This document shows positions 19,579 to 30,343 of a stretch of 64,000 bases of DNA, piece after piece (position 1 is the stretch's first letter; every line of letters begins with the position of its first letter). Both the position numbers and the translations under genes were made by a program. The notes beneath the pieces were generated by a model. That model was not told where the DNA came from. It searched no databases and saw only the letters and a program-made list of their open reading frames with translations. Origin of the DNA: an uncultured Selenomonadales bacterium (GTDB lineage: Bacteria; Bacillota; Negativicutes; Acidaminococcales; Acidaminococcaceae); NCBI GenBank assembly GCA_900316935.1, contig ONEW01000008.1:1216-65215 (forward strand). The letters run 5' to 3'.

Positions 19579-21597
19579 TTAAAACAGGTTCCCTTTCTTT
19601 GCAGGCTGCAGCTTCTCGCCCAGACGGCCCTTCACGATGATGAGGCGGTCCCGCAGCTCAGCGGCCGTCTCGAAGTCCAGGTCCTTGGCGGCTTCGGCCA
19701 TCTTCTTTTCCAGAGACTTGGCCAGCTTGCGCAGGGCCTGGGCCGAGCTCTTCTTCAGCTTTTTGCTGTCGTAGGCCGCCGCCGTGTCCGGATCCTCTTC
19801 CACCTTCGTCAGCTTGATCAGGTGGCGCTGTTCCTTGTAAATGGTCTTCGGCGTGATATGGTGTTCCGCATTGTACGCCTCCTGAATGTCGCGGCGCCGG
19901 TTCGTCTCGTCGATGGCCCGCTTCATGGAATCGGTCAGGCGGTCGGCGTACATGACGACGTGTCCGTTGGCGTTGCGGGCCGCGCGGCCGATGGTCTGCA
20001 CCATGGCCGTGTCACTGCGCAGGAATCCTTCCTTGTCAGCGTCGAGGATGGCGACCAGGGACACTTCCGGCAGGTCCAGGCCTTCGCGCAGCAGGTTGAT
20101 GCCGACGAGGACGTCGAATCCACCGGCCCGCAGTTCGTCGATGATCTGTGCCCGGTCTATGGTCGCAATGTCCGAATGCAGGTAGCGCACGCGGATGTCG
20201 TTCTGTTTCAGGTAATCGGTCAGGTCCTCGGCCATGCGCTTCGTCAGCGTCGTGACCAGGGTCCGTTCGCCGCGGGCAGTGGTTTGGCGGATTTCGCCCA
20301 TGAGGTCGTCAATCTGCCCCTTGATGGGCCGCACCTCGATACGCGGATCCAGCAGCCCCGTCGGGCGGATGATCTGCTCCACCACCTGGTCTGCCTCGTG
20401 CAGCTCGTACTCCGCCGGCGTGGCGGAAATATAGATGACCTGGTTGATCTGGTTGTGGAATTCGTCAAACGTGAGGGGCCGGTTGTCGATGGCCGACGGC
20501 AGGCGGAACCCGTACTGGACGAGCATATCCTTGCGGGCCCGGTCCCCGTGCGCCATGGCACGGATCTGGGGAATCGTCACGTGCGATTCGTCAATGACCA
20601 GCAGGAAGTCCCTGGGGAAGTAGTTCATCAACGTAAACGGGGACTGGCCTGCCTTGCGGTTGTCGATGTGGCGGGAGTAGTTTTCGATGCCATTGCAGTA
20701 CCCGATTTCCTCCATCATCTCCAGGTCGTACTTGGTGCGCTGCTCCAGGCGCTGCGCTTCCAGCAGCTTGCCTTCGGAGCGCAGCTGGGCCAGGCGTTCC
20801 TTCAGTTCCACGCGGATGTCCTTCATGGCCCGTTCCATGTTCTCCTTGCTCGTCACATAATGGGACGCCGGGAAAATGGCCACGTGGGTCCGCTTGTCCA
20901 GCACTTCGCCAGTCAGCACGTCCACTTCCATAATCCGGTCGACTTCGTCATCGAAAAGCTCGATGCGCACGGCCTTTTCGCCGTAGCTGGCGGGAATGAC
21001 CTCGATGACGTCGCCACGGACGCGGAAGGTGCCGCGCTTGAAATCGACATCGTTACGCGTGTACTGGTTCTCCACCAGACGGCGCAGGATCCCGTTCCTG
21101 TCGACCTGCTGGCCGACGCGCAGGGACACGACGGAATCGTAGTAGTCCTGCGGCCCGCCCAGACCGTAAATACAGCTGACAGATGCAACGACGATGACAT
21201 CTTTCCGTTCCATGAGCGCGCTCGTGGCGCTGTGGCGCAGTTTATCGATCTCGTCGTTGATGGACGAGTCTTTTTCGATATAGGTATCCGTCTGGGGGAT
21301 ATAGGCTTCCGGCTGGTAGTAGTCGTAATAAGAGACGAAATATTCCACAGCGTTGTCCGGGAAAAAGGCCTTCAATTCGCTGGCAAGCTGGGCCGCCAGC
21401 GTCTTGTTGTGGGCGATGACCAGGGTCGGCTTCTGCACGCGCTGGATGACTTCGGCCACGGTGAAGGTCTTGCCCGTTCCCGTCGCGCCCAGAAGGACTT
21501 GGGACTTCAGGCCCCTGCGGACGCCGCCGGCCAGCTTTTCAATAGCTTCGGGCTGGTCGCCGGACGGCTTGAACGGTTCTTTGATTTGAAATTCCAT
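19579..21597 (-). CDS. uvrB: Excinuclease ABC subunit B
   Basis: [48 protein letters not shown]-terminal UVR domain. Confidence 0.98.
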   Translation of the reverse strand: MEFQIKEPFKPSGDQPEAIEKLAGGVRRGLKSQVLLGATGTGKTFTVAEVIQRVQKPTLVIAHNKTLAAQLASELKAFFPDNAVEYFVSYYDYYQPEAYIPQTDTYIEKDSSINDEIDKLRHSATSALMERKDVIVVASVSCIYGLGGPQDYYDSVVSLRVGQQVDRNGILRRLVENQYTRNDVDFKRGTFRVRGDVIEVIPASYGEKAVRIELFDDEVDRIMEVDVLTGEVLDKRTHVAIFPASHYVTSKENMERAMKDIRVELKERLAQLRSEGKLLEAQRLEQRTKYDLEMMEEIGYCNGIENYSRHIDNRKAGQSPFTLMNYFPRDFLLVIDESHVTIPQIRAMAHGDRARKDMLVQYGFRLPSAIDNRPLTFDEFHNQINQVIYISATPAEYELHEADQVVEQIIRPTGLLDPRIEVRPIKGQIDDLMGEIRQTTARGERTLVTTLTKRMAEDLTDYLKQNDIRVRYLHSDIATIDRAQIIDELRAGGFDVLVGINLLREGLDLPEVSLVAILDADKEGFLRSDTAMVQTIGRAARNANGHVVMYADRLTDSMKRAIDETNRRRDIQEAYNAEHHITPKTIYKEQRHLIKLTKVEEDPDTAAAYDSKKLKKSSAQALRKLAKSLEKKMAEAAKDLDFETAAELRDRLIIVKGRLGEKLQPAKKGNLF

Positions 21598-21622
21598 GGT
21601 CTTGCCTCTGTTCCTTAAAGTT

Positions 21623-22375
21623 TCATTTCAGGATCAACCCGACGGGACAATGGTCGCTGCCCAGGACATCCGTGTAGATGAGGCTGTCCGCAATGCGGTT
21701 CCGCCAGCGGTCGGACACGAGCCAGTAGTCGATGCGCCATCCGGCATTCGTACTGCGGGCGCGGAACCGGTATGACCACCAGGAATAGACACCTTCCCGG
21801 TCGGGGTACAGATAGCGGAAAGAATCCGTGAAGCCCGCCTTGAGCAGTTCGCGGACCTTGTCCCGTTCCTCGTCCGTAAAGCCTGCATTGCCGCGGTTCG
21901 TCTTCCAGTTCTTCAAATCGATGTTTTCCTTGGCCACGTTCAGGTCGCCGCAAAGGAGCACCGGCTTTTTCTTGTCCAGGCCGCACACGTACGCCCGGAA
22001 CGCATCGTCCCAGGTCATGCGGTAATCCAGGCGTGCCAGTTTGTCCTGCGAGTTGGGCGTGTAGACGCAGACCAGGAAGAACTCCGGGTATTCGCACGTA
22101 ATGACACGGCCTTCGTGATCGTGTTCCGCAATACCCAGCCCGTACGTCACGTGCAACGGTTCCTCTTTCGTGAAGACCGCTGTGCCGGAATAGCCCTTCT
22201 TTTCGGCGCTGTTCCAGTACTCATAGTAGCCCGGGAAGGCGAAATCGGCCTGTTCCCGCTGCATTTTCGTTTCCTGGATGCAGAAGATGTCCGCATCCGC
22301 CTCCTTCATAAAATCTGCGAACCCCTTGTTCATGCAGGCCCGCAACCCATTCACATTCCACGAAATCAGTTTCAT
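21623..22375 (-). CDS. xth: Exodeoxyribonuclease III (AP endonuclease)
   Basis: [36 protein letters not shown]. Confidence 0.95.
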   Translation of the reverse strand: MKLISWNVNGLRACMNKGFADFMKEADADIFCIQETKMQREQADFAFPGYYEYWNSAEKKGYSGTAVFTKEEPLHVTYGLGIAEHDHEGRVITCEYPEFFLVCVYTPNSQDKLARLDYRMTWDDAFRAYVCGLDKKKPVLLCGDLNVAKENIDLKNWKTNRGNAGFTDEERDKVRELLKAGFTDSFRYLYPDREGVYSWWSYRFRARSTNAGWRIDYWLVSDRWRNRIADSLIYTDVLGSDHCPVGLILK

Positions 22376-22409
22376 AAATTCCTTTCTGCAGGGATCCTCC
22401 TCCCCGTCC

Positions 22410-23009
22410 TCAGCGGATGCCGTATCTGGCCGCCACGGTGGCGCGCACTTCGTCGAAAGATTTGACCGGCGGCTGGTTTTCCCTGTGTTCCCCGATCAGT
22501 TTCTCCATCCAGACCATGTGATACCAGCGGCCGAACTTGCAGCCGCTGTCGTGGAACAGGCCGGCCATGCGGAATCCCAGGTGGGCATGGAATTCGGCGC
22601 TGTTCTTCGTCAGGTATTCGTCTTCCTTTTCGGGATAGCCGATGCAGGCGTTCATGTTCAGGACGCCCTGCTCCTTCAAAATGGCTTCCATGGCGCCGTA
22701 GAGCTTGCCGCCCACGCCGGCTTTGCGCAGGTTCCGGTCCACGTAGATGGACAGCTCCACAGACCAGTCGTAGGCACGGCGCGGAATGAATGCGCCGGCA
22801 TAGGCGTAGCCCACGATTCTACCGTCCTTTTCCGCCACCAGGTAGGGATATTTTTCCAGCACATGGCGGATGCGGCCTGTAAACTCTTCCAACGTCGGCA
22901 CCTCGTATTCAAACGAAATGGCCGTCTTTTCCACATACGGCCGGTAGATTTCCAAAATAGCCGCCGCATCCTTTGCGGACGCCGTGCGGATCGTTACATC
23001 GTGTTCCAT
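22410..23009 (-). CDS. GNAT N-acetyltransferase (phosphinothricin-acetyltransferase-like)
   Basis: [34 protein letters not shown]. Confidence 0.85.
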   Translation of the reverse strand: MEHDVTIRTASAKDAAAILEIYRPYVEKTAISFEYEVPTLEEFTGRIRHVLEKYPYLVAEKDGRIVGYAYAGAFIPRRAYDWSVELSIYVDRNLRKAGVGGKLYGAMEAILKEQGVLNMNACIGYPEKEDEYLTKNSAEFHAHLGFRMAGLFHDSGCKFGRWYHMVWMEKLIGEHRENQPPVKSFDEVRATVAARYGIR

Positions 23010-23109
23010 CAGAGGTACCTCCCGTAATCTTTATTGTACCAAGAAAGGCAAAGAGGCCGCAACCCCTCCCCGTCCCGGGGAAAGGCTGCGGCATCGTTTG
23101 ATGCAGAAA

Positions 23110-24447
23110 TCAGCTGTTATAGACGTCTTCATCCAGCCGGCCTTCGCTGCGGGCCACGCCGATGGCGGCCACGGAGTCACCCACACAGTTCAGGGCCGTG
23201 ACGAGCATTTCAATCGGGCGGTTGATGGCCAGAATCAGGGAATAGGCAACCAGGGCTGCCTCGTTCGTGATGCCGACGCCCGACAGGATGGTGAACAGGA
23301 TGATGGCACCCGCACCCGGGGCAGCCGGTGTGCCGGCGCTGGCAATAAGGGCCAGGACCATGATGACGATGATCTGGATGAAATTGATGTCGAACCCGGA
23401 GCTGCCGGCAATGAAGAACGTGGCAATGACCTGCATGATGGCCGTGCCGTCCATGTTGATCGTCATGCCCAGGGGCAGGACGAAAGACGCAATCTGCCGA
23501 TCAACGCCGAGGCCGTTGACGTTGGTATCGATGTTCAGGGGCAGCGTCGCCGCGCTGGACGAGGTCGAGAAACCGAAGACGATGACACGGAAGACCTTGC
23601 GGATGAAGGTGATGGGATTCAGGTGCATCAGGGCGCCCACCATGGACGGATATCCGACCAGCAGGTACAGCAGCAGCAGTACGACGCAGATGACGACATA
23701 AGCCACAGCCGGGCGGAGATAGGCAATCCCGTAGGTGGCGAAGGTGCGGCTCAGCAGCATGAAGATGGCCACGGGGCCGAACTTCTTGACGACGTAGTTC
23801 AGGAAGACGACGATGATGTCGCTCGTTTCCTGGCACAGGCGGTAGACGGCACTCTGCTTGTCCATCTTCAGGAAATTCATGGACAGGCCGACGCCGATGG
23901 CCAGGAACACGATGGAGAGGACGGCGTTATTGACGCTCATGGCGGCGCCGATGTTCGCCGGAATGATGTTCAAGATGACGATGAGCGGGTTGGCGCCTGC
24001 CGAACCGGCATGGGCCTTGAGGCCGCTGATCTGCGAAGAGAAGGCGCCCGTGCTGTAGAAGAAGTAGCCGACAGCCCCGGCGATGATCAGGCCGAGGATG
24101 CTCGTAAAGAGGAACCAGCCGATGGTCTTGCCGGCCACACGGCCCAGGGTCGATGCTTCGCGGATCTCACACAGCGCCATGACGATGGATGTGAAGACCA
24201 TGGGCACGATGATCAGCTGCAGCGAACGGATGAACAGCTGGCCGCCGAGATAGAAAATGCCGATGGCCTGGTTGGCGCCTTTCGCCGTAATGTCCTGGAA
24301 CAGGATGTTGTTGATTGTCTGCCACGTGCCGCTCGTGGCGCCCAGGGACTCGCGGGCAGCCATACAGACCAGGCCGAACACGATGCCCAGCACCATGGCC
24401 GCGAGCATCCGGATGGCCAGCTTGTTGTTTTCATTCATTTTGGACAT
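23110..24447 (-). CDS. Dicarboxylate/amino acid:cation symporter (DAACS)
   Basis: FSTSSSAATLP, PLGMTINMDGT, SAGTP, NCVGD. RBS supports ATG 24447. Confidence 0.92.
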   Translation of the reverse strand: MSKMNENNKLAIRMLAAMVLGIVFGLVCMAARESLGATSGTWQTINNILFQDITAKGANQAIGIFYLGGQLFIRSLQLIIVPMVFTSIVMALCEIREASTLGRVAGKTIGWFLFTSILGLIIAGAVGYFFYSTGAFSSQISGLKAHAGSAGANPLIVILNIIPANIGAAMSVNNAVLSIVFLAIGVGLSMNFLKMDKQSAVYRLCQETSDIIVVFLNYVVKKFGPVAIFMLLSRTFATYGIAYLRPAVAYVVICVVLLLLYLLVGYPSMVGALMHLNPITFIRKVFRVIVFGFSTSSSAATLPLNIDTNVNGLGVDRQIASFVLPLGMTINMDGTAIMQVIATFFIAGSSGFDINFIQIIVIMVLALIASAGTPAAPGAGAIILFTILSGVGITNEAALVAYSLILAINRPIEMLVTALNCVGDSVAAIGVARSEGRLDEDVYNS

Positions 24448-24707
24448 GATGAACCCCCTCCAAAGCACTTTCCATGTGCAAAGCAAAGGCTCCTGCGCAA
24501 CCCAGGAGCCTGTAAAATTTGAATACATTATAGCATATTTTTACTTGTAATCCACACTTCTGGAACCAGGTTCTGCCGTGTATACAATATATTTTCCATC
24601 CTCATGGCTTCCTGCCGTGGACCCGCTGCCTTTGACAAAGGTATCCCCCGCCATGCCGCCAGGCCATAAAAAATCTCCCGGGCATTGTTTCCCGGGAGAT
24701 GCAGGAG

Positions 24708-25349
24708 TCAGTTCAGTTTCAACGTTTTGACCCAGTCGGTGACTTCTTTTGCGGAAGCACCGCTCGAGAACCGTCCGCCTTCCTGCCAGTTGCCGCCTTT
24801 GGCTTCCTTCTTCAGCAGGTTGCCCGAATCGCCGAGGCCGGAGCTGACGGAGGTGCAGAACGGAATGACCGTTTTGCCCGTGAAGTCATTGGCTTTGACG
24901 AAGACATCCGTCGGCCAGGCTGCAATGCCCCACCAGATCGGATAGCCGATGAAGACGGTCTTGTAGTCCTTGAAGTTGTCCGGCACAGCCTTCTTCAGCT
25001 TCATGTCGCGCAGGGACGGATTGTCGTGTTCCTTGCTGACACGGCTGCCCTTGTCACGGTAATCCAGGTCCGCATCGGTATACGCCGGGTCAGGCTGGAT
25101 TTCGAACAGGGTGCCGCCCGTCGCTTTGGCGATATCGCCGGCGACGCGTTTCGTGCTGCCCGAGGCGGAGTAATAGACGACGAGCACGTCGCCCTTGCCT
25201 GCCGCCGGTGCTGCGGCCTGTTCGGTCTTTTGTGCCGGAGCCGGAGCCGCGGCCTTTTTCGGTTCGGCGCTGCCGCAGGCAGCCGTCACCATCATCAGGC
25301 TCGTCAGCAATGAGAGGCCTGCGATTTTGCGTAATTTCTTGAAGTCCAT
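24708..25349 (-). CDS. Flavodoxin-like lipoprotein
   Basis: YYSASGST FMN loop, IGYPIWWG, FCTSVSSG. Lipobox VTAA-C after a basic/hydrophobic N-terminus; GAGGAGGT RBS. Confidence 0.82.
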   Translation of the reverse strand: MDFKKLRKIAGLSLLTSLMMVTAACGSAEPKKAAAPAPAQKTEQAAAPAAGKGDVLVVYYSASGSTKRVAGDIAKATGGTLFEIQPDPAYTDADLDYRDKGSRVSKEHDNPSLRDMKLKKAVPDNFKDYKTVFIGYPIWWGIAAWPTDVFVKANDFTGKTVIPFCTSVSSGLGDSGNLLKKEAKGGNWQEGGRFSSGASAKEVTDWVKTLKLN

Positions 25350-25445
25350 AATTTCATACCTCCTCTGACTACATCTTAGCGTGAAAGGTGCCACGATGCC
25401 AATACTTATAGCGTATAGTTGCTGATACGCAGAGTGCATACCGGC

Positions 25446-26171
25446 TCAGTCGCCCAGTTCCCGCCGGGCTGCCGCCAGGAGGGCGCCGTAATCGGCAAAG
25501 GTGCAAGTCGCCAACCGGTTGATGGCCTCCCGTTCGCCGTCGGAATAGGGGTCGTACATGGCGACGGCCTCCATCCCCGCCCGGCGGGCCGCTTCCATGC
25601 CGATGAGGGAATCCTCGAAAACGAGGCACGCCCCGGGCTCCACGCCGAAATGGTGCATCACCTTCAGGTAGACCTCGGGGTTCGGCTTGATTTCGCGCAC
25701 GTCCTCGCGGCTGTAAATGGGGTCGAAATAATCCGTGAACGGGGCTTTGGAACGGATGTTGGGATTCAGGTTGCAATAGACTGCAAGGTTTTTACGCCGC
25801 GTCGTCGTGGCAATGGCCATGCGGAACCCGTGTTCCTTGAACAGCCGCAGGGCCTCTTCGGCGCGGGGTTTGTAGTCCACCTTGTGGACGAGGAAATCCT
25901 GGGCAATGCCGTACCGCAGCGTGTGGATGTCTTCCGGCGCCATGGTGCTGCCGCACTGCTTCCCCAGGAAACGGCAATACGCAAGGTAAGCGTCCGCAGC
26001 GCCGGCAAATTCCCGCAGCCTGGCATCGCGCTGCAGCTGCACCGCGTGTTCCCCGGGCGCCGTACCGCCCAACCGGCGGATCAGTTCCTGGTCCACCTGG
26101 TTCCATACGCCGACGGACTCAATCAACGTGCCGTCCACATCAAACATCAGCACCTTCTTGTTTTTCAGCAT
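25446..26171 (-). CDS. HAD family phosphatase
   Basis: FDVDGTL, ATTT, KPNPEVY, VFEDSLIG. Confidence 0.88.
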   Translation of the reverse strand: MLKNKKVLMFDVDGTLIESVGVWNQVDQELIRRLGGTAPGEHAVQLQRDARLREFAGAADAYLAYCRFLGKQCGSTMAPEDIHTLRYGIAQDFLVHKVDYKPRAEEALRLFKEHGFRMAIATTTRRKNLAVYCNLNPNIRSKAPFTDYFDPIYSREDVREIKPNPEVYLKVMHHFGVEPGACLVFEDSLIGMEAARRAGMEAVAMYDPYSDGEREAINRLATCTFADYGALLAAARRELGD

Positions 26172-26205
26172 CTGCCGCTCCTTTTCCGGATTCCGGCTGC
26201 ACCGC

Positions 26206-26811
26206 TCAAATCTGCGGCTTGCCTTCCATGCGGTTCAGGGCATTGCCCAGACCGTACTTGATGGTTTCGTAAGGGTCTTCCTCCATGCCTTCCTCCCGGA
26301 TCTCATTTTTACGGATATGGCGGGCGATGTACTTGTCGCCATCGGCGTTGTAGGCATAGATGTCGGCATAGGCATATGTATGGACAGCCGTGTCATCGTC
26401 CCACCACATGGGGGTGTAGTTGATGCGCCACATGTCCATGCGCTTCACAACCAGCACGACCAGGACGGGTGAGCCGGCTTCCTTGGCTGCGGCGGCCACC
26501 GTTTCCTTGTCGGGCCGGGCAGTTTTCCGGAACATGTCTTCCACGGCCGTCACACCTTTTTCACTGTTGATCTGCAGATTGTAGCGCGGGCGGTTGTAGT
26601 CCATCTTCACCATGTCCGTGAACCCGGCCACGTCGCTCCGTGTCACGCGGCCCGACTGGTCGAGGAGGACGAACTCGGCCGGCTTCTGTTCGAAGGCGAA
26701 GGCTTTCGCGGTGCCGGCCCCCCCGTCCGCCATACCGGCCGGCAGAATGCCGAGGAAGCCGAACAGGACGGCCGCCAGGCACAGGATTTTCATCAAGGGA
26801 AACTGTTTCAT
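26206..26811 (-). CDS. Exported hypothetical protein
   Basis: GGAGGT RBS, signal-peptide-like N-terminus, genome-like codon usage. Confidence 0.65.
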   Translation of the reverse strand: MKQFPLMKILCLAAVLFGFLGILPAGMADGGAGTAKAFAFEQKPAEFVLLDQSGRVTRSDVAGFTDMVKMDYNRPRYNLQINSEKGVTAVEDMFRKTARPDKETVAAAAKEAGSPVLVVLVVKRMDMWRINYTPMWWDDDTAVHTYAYADIYAYNADGDKYIARHIRKNEIREEGMEEDPYETIKYGLGNALNRMEGKPQI

Positions 26812-26816
26812 GGGAA

Positions 26817-28076
26817 TCACCTCCAGATGTCCACAGCCTTGCCGTTCCCCAACGGAGCCAGCTTCAGACAGGAGGCCAGGGTCTGGCCGATGTCGGAGAA
26901 CGTATGGAACGGTTCCAGCCGCTGGGCTTTAACGGTCCCGCCATAAAACAGGACGGGAACCTTTTCCCGCGTGTGGTCCGTACCTTTCCAGGTCGGATCG
27001 CAGCCATGGTCCGCCGTCACCAGCAGCACATCGTCGGGCCGCAGCAGGGCCAGCAGCTCCGGCAGGCGGCGGTCATACAGTTCCAGTCCCTCGCCGTAGC
27101 CCAAAGCGTCGCGGCGATGGCCGAAACTGGAATCGAAATCAACGAAATTGCTGAAGACCAGCGTGTTGTCCGGCGCGTCCTTGACGGCCTGCACCGTGGC
27201 GTCGAAGATAGGGTCCAGCCCCGCTGCCGGGTAATGTTTCGAAATGCCCCGGTGGGCGAAGATATCGGCGATTTTGCCGATGGCATAGACCTGCCCGCCG
27301 GCCTTCACCATGTTGTCCAGCAGGGTCGGTTCGTGGGCCGGTACGGCAAAATCGTGCCGGTGGGCCGCCACACGCTCGAAATTCCCGGCTTCCGTTCCCA
27401 CGAAAGGACGGGCGATGACACGGGCGATCCTGTAGGGCTGCACCAGCTTGTAGGCCAGACGGCACAGGTCGTAGAGCCGCTCCAGGCCGAAGGTCTCTTC
27501 GTGGCAGGCAATCTGCAGGACGCTGTCTGCCGACGTGTAGACGATGGGTTTGCCTGTCTTCCTGTGTTCTTCACCCAGTTCCTGGATGATTACGGTGCCG
27601 CTGGCATGTTTTTCGCCGAGCACGCCGGGCAGGTTCCCTTCCTTCACGAGGGCATCCATGAGTTCCGGAGGGAAGCATTTCGGCTTGTCCGGAAAATAGC
27701 CCCAGTTGAACCGCACAGGCACGCCGGCGATTTCCCAGTGGCCGCTCAAGGTGTCCTTGCCCTTGCTGATTTCCTCGGCACACGTGTAAGCCGCCTTGAC
27801 ACGGCCGCCGTCCAGCGGGTCCGCCTGGACAGGTTCCCCGGACAAGGGATGCACCAGGATTTTCCCCGTACTCAGTTCATGGGCTTTTTCCAAGCCCAAC
27901 GCAGCCAGATGAGGCAGGAACAGGTACTGCGGCGTACCGTCCGCCTGTTTGCGGTTGGCCGCCATCCAATCCGCGATATGCCCCAGCGTGTCGGCGCCTT
28001 TGTCGCCGAAAGCCTCTGCATCGTGGGCATAGCCGATGCCGAAGGAATCCAATATCGTGATGATGACTCTCGCCAT
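26817..28076 (-). CDS. deoB: Phosphopentomutase
   Basis: [61 protein letters not shown] 28088 is an alternative start. Confidence 0.95.
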   Translation of the reverse strand: MARVIITILDSFGIGYAHDAEAFGDKGADTLGHIADWMAANRKQADGTPQYLFLPHLAALGLEKAHELSTGKILVHPLSGEPVQADPLDGGRVKAAYTCAEEISKGKDTLSGHWEIAGVPVRFNWGYFPDKPKCFPPELMDALVKEGNLPGVLGEKHASGTVIIQELGEEHRKTGKPIVYTSADSVLQIACHEETFGLERLYDLCRLAYKLVQPYRIARVIARPFVGTEAGNFERVAAHRHDFAVPAHEPTLLDNMVKAGGQVYAIGKIADIFAHRGISKHYPAAGLDPIFDATVQAVKDAPDNTLVFSNFVDFDSSFGHRRDALGYGEGLELYDRRLPELLALLRPDDVLLVTADHGCDPTWKGTDHTREKVPVLFYGGTVKAQRLEPFHTFSDIGQTLASCLKLAPLGNGKAVDIWR

Positions 28077-28168
28077 GTGTTCTGTCACACCTTTCCCCAG
28101 TCTTTATCTTACTGTTACACTTTCATTGTACCGCAATCCGCCCCGCGGTTTGTGTCCTAAGTCTGAAT

Positions 28169-28978
28169 TCAGCGCGCCGCGCCTTGCCAGGCCAGAAGCA
28201 GTTCCAGGGCCCGCCTGGCCACGACCTGGAAGCGCTTTTCCGCCGCACGGTAGACATCGGGCGGTGCCACGGACTCGCTGTCCGTACGCTTGGCCACGAC
28301 ACCGCAGATAGCCCCGGCGCGCAGGCCGAGCACACTGGTCAGGGTGAAGAGCGTAGCCGCCTCCATTTCGTAGTTGCTGCACCCCAGAGTCTGCCATTCC
28401 TTCAGGGAACCCTGCAACCGGCGCACCACGTAGCCGCCAAAGCTGTCGTACCGTTCCTGGCCGGGCCAGAAGCTGTCCGTCGTCACGGTCACGCCCAGCT
28501 TGAAGGGTACCTGCAGCTCTTCCGCCGCCTGGCGCAGGGCCAGAGTCACATCCAGGTCCGGCACAGCCGGATATGCAATGGGGGCATAGGCGCGGGAAGC
28601 GCCGTCCATCCGCACGGCGGCCTTGCTGATGACCACGTCGCCCAGGTTCAGGTCCTCCCGCAGGGATCCCGTCGTCCCCACGCGGATGAAGGTCCTGACC
28701 CCCAGCCGCGCCAATTCCTCCACTGCGAAGGTGATGCACGGTCCGCCCATGCCCGTCGACATGACCAGCACCGGCTGCCCGTTGAGGCGGGCCAGCCACG
28801 ACGTAAACTCCCGGTGCGACGTCACAAACTCTGCTGCCGGATCCAAGGCTTTCGCCAGACCTTCCACGCGGCCCGGATCGCCAGGCACGAGGGCATATTC
28901 CGCCCCTTCGAGCATCTCTTTCGTCAACCCCGTGTGGTACATGACCTCGCCGGGTTTTGCGTAATGTTTTTGCATCAT
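28169..28978 (-). CDS. udp: Uridine phosphorylase
   Basis: VPGDPGRV, HREF, STGMGGP, RVGTTGS, DSFWPGQERY, NYEMEAATL. Confidence 0.92.
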   Translation of the reverse strand: MMQKHYAKPGEVMYHTGLTKEMLEGAEYALVPGDPGRVEGLAKALDPAAEFVTSHREFTSWLARLNGQPVLVMSTGMGGPCITFAVEELARLGVRTFIRVGTTGSLREDLNLGDVVISKAAVRMDGASRAYAPIAYPAVPDLDVTLALRQAAEELQVPFKLGVTVTTDSFWPGQERYDSFGGYVVRRLQGSLKEWQTLGCSNYEMEAATLFTLTSVLGLRAGAICGVVAKRTDSESVAPPDVYRAAEKRFQVVARRALELLLAWQGAAR

Positions 28979-29125
28979 TCGGAGTCCCTCCGTTCCTTAC
29001 ATACCTGTCCTTATTATACCCCAACGGGCCGCCACTTTCCCAGGGGCCGGGAAAATTCCCAGACAGCAAAAAGCAGCCGGCCTGAAAGCCGGCTGCAGGG
29101 TACATCTTCACTCGTTCCGCAGGAA

Positions 29126-30292
29126 TCAGAACCAGCGGACCATGGGCAGGTCGTTGTTCGTACCCTTCGTGAAGAGCAGCTGATGGACATCGATGTAGCC
29201 GATGTAGAAGGCCGCTGCGCAGCCGCACAGGTACAGATCCCACATGCGGACGAATTCTTCGCCGCGGTCGGCCGCCACCTGGGTATGCACCTTTTCGAAA
29301 TTGTGATACCAGCACATAAGGGTGCGGGAATAATGCCGGCGCAGGCTCTCCACATCGAGGAGCTGGAAGCTGCCCATGTAGGCCAGTTTGATGATTTCCG
29401 CCAGGGACGGCAGTGTGCCGCCCGGGAAGATGTATTTGCGCATCCACGGATTGCTGTTGCGTTCATCGCGGCCATCGATGTAGTGCAGCAGGAACAGGCC
29501 CTGGTTTTTCAGTACCTTGTCCACGACGTCCATGTAGGTCTCGTACTGGGAGCGGCCCACGTGTTCCAGCATGCCCACGCTTACGACGCGGTCGAAACGC
29601 TGCCCCGTCGCCGGCAGGTCGCGATAGTCCATGAGGGCGATCTCCACCCGGCCTTCCAGACCCAGCTTCTTGATGCGCTCCTGGCCCATGGCGTACTGTT
29701 CCTTGCTCAGGGTGCAGCCGAAGCCCTTGACGCCGTACTGTTTGGCCGCCTCCATCAGCAGGAAGCCCCAGCCGCAGCCGATGTCGAGAAGCGTCATATC
29801 CTTGGCCAGATACAGTTTGTCCAGGATATGGCGGACCTTGTTCTTCTGGGCCTCTTCCAGCGTATCCGTGTCCTTTTTGAAGAACGCGCAGGAATAGCTC
29901 AGCGTCGGATCAAGCCACAGCTTGTAGAAGTCGTTGCCCAAGTCGTAATGGGAGCTGACCTCTTCCTTCTGCGTCTTCTTATCCTCCGACGGATAGAGCA
30001 GGTAATTGAACTTTTCGCGATCCAGGGCGAACCGGCTCATCTGCTCCAGCAGGCAGCGGATGACCGTGAACAGGTCTCCGTCGATCTCCAGGTCGCCACG
30101 CATGTACGCTTCCCCCAGGGACAGGGACGTCGAGGACAGCAGCTCGCTTTTCGGGATGTCCTTGTGGACGATGACGCGGAACGCCGGCTTGCCTTCGCCA
30201 ATAGTGTACGTTTTCCCATGCAGATCCAGTTCGAACGGGTACTTGTCGAACCGCTGCAGATAATGAACCAGAAAATCATCCAAAATTTGCAC
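29126..30292 (-). CDS. cfa: Cyclopropane-fatty-acyl-phospholipid synthase family methyltransferase
   Basis: HYDLGNDFY, LDIGCGWG, SVGMLEHVG, YIFPGG. GGAGGT RBS points to GTG 30292. Confidence 0.9.
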   Translation of the reverse strand: MQILDDFLVHYLQRFDKYPFELDLHGKTYTIGEGKPAFRVIVHKDIPKSELLSSTSLSLGEAYMRGDLEIDGDLFTVIRCLLEQMSRFALDREKFNYLLYPSEDKKTQKEEVSSHYDLGNDFYKLWLDPTLSYSCAFFKKDTDTLEEAQKNKVRHILDKLYLAKDMTLLDIGCGWGFLLMEAAKQYGVKGFGCTLSKEQYAMGQERIKKLGLEGRVEIALMDYRDLPATGQRFDRVVSVGMLEHVGRSQYETYMDVVDKVLKNQGLFLLHYIDGRDERNSNPWMRKYIFPGGTLPSLAEIIKLAYMGSFQLLDVESLRRHYSRTLMCWYHNFEKVHTQVAADRGEEFVRMWDLYLCGCAAAFYIGYIDVHQLLFTKGTNNDLPMVRWF

Positions 30293-30343
30293 TGCTAAAA
30301 CCTCCATTCCAAGCACGGTGTGCGGGGCCGCCAGGCCGCAGCC

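Noticed and set aside
24563-24575. LexA (Cheo) box GAAC-CAG-GTTC
   Set aside because: The spacer is 3 nt rather than 4, and it is not upstream of a repair gene.
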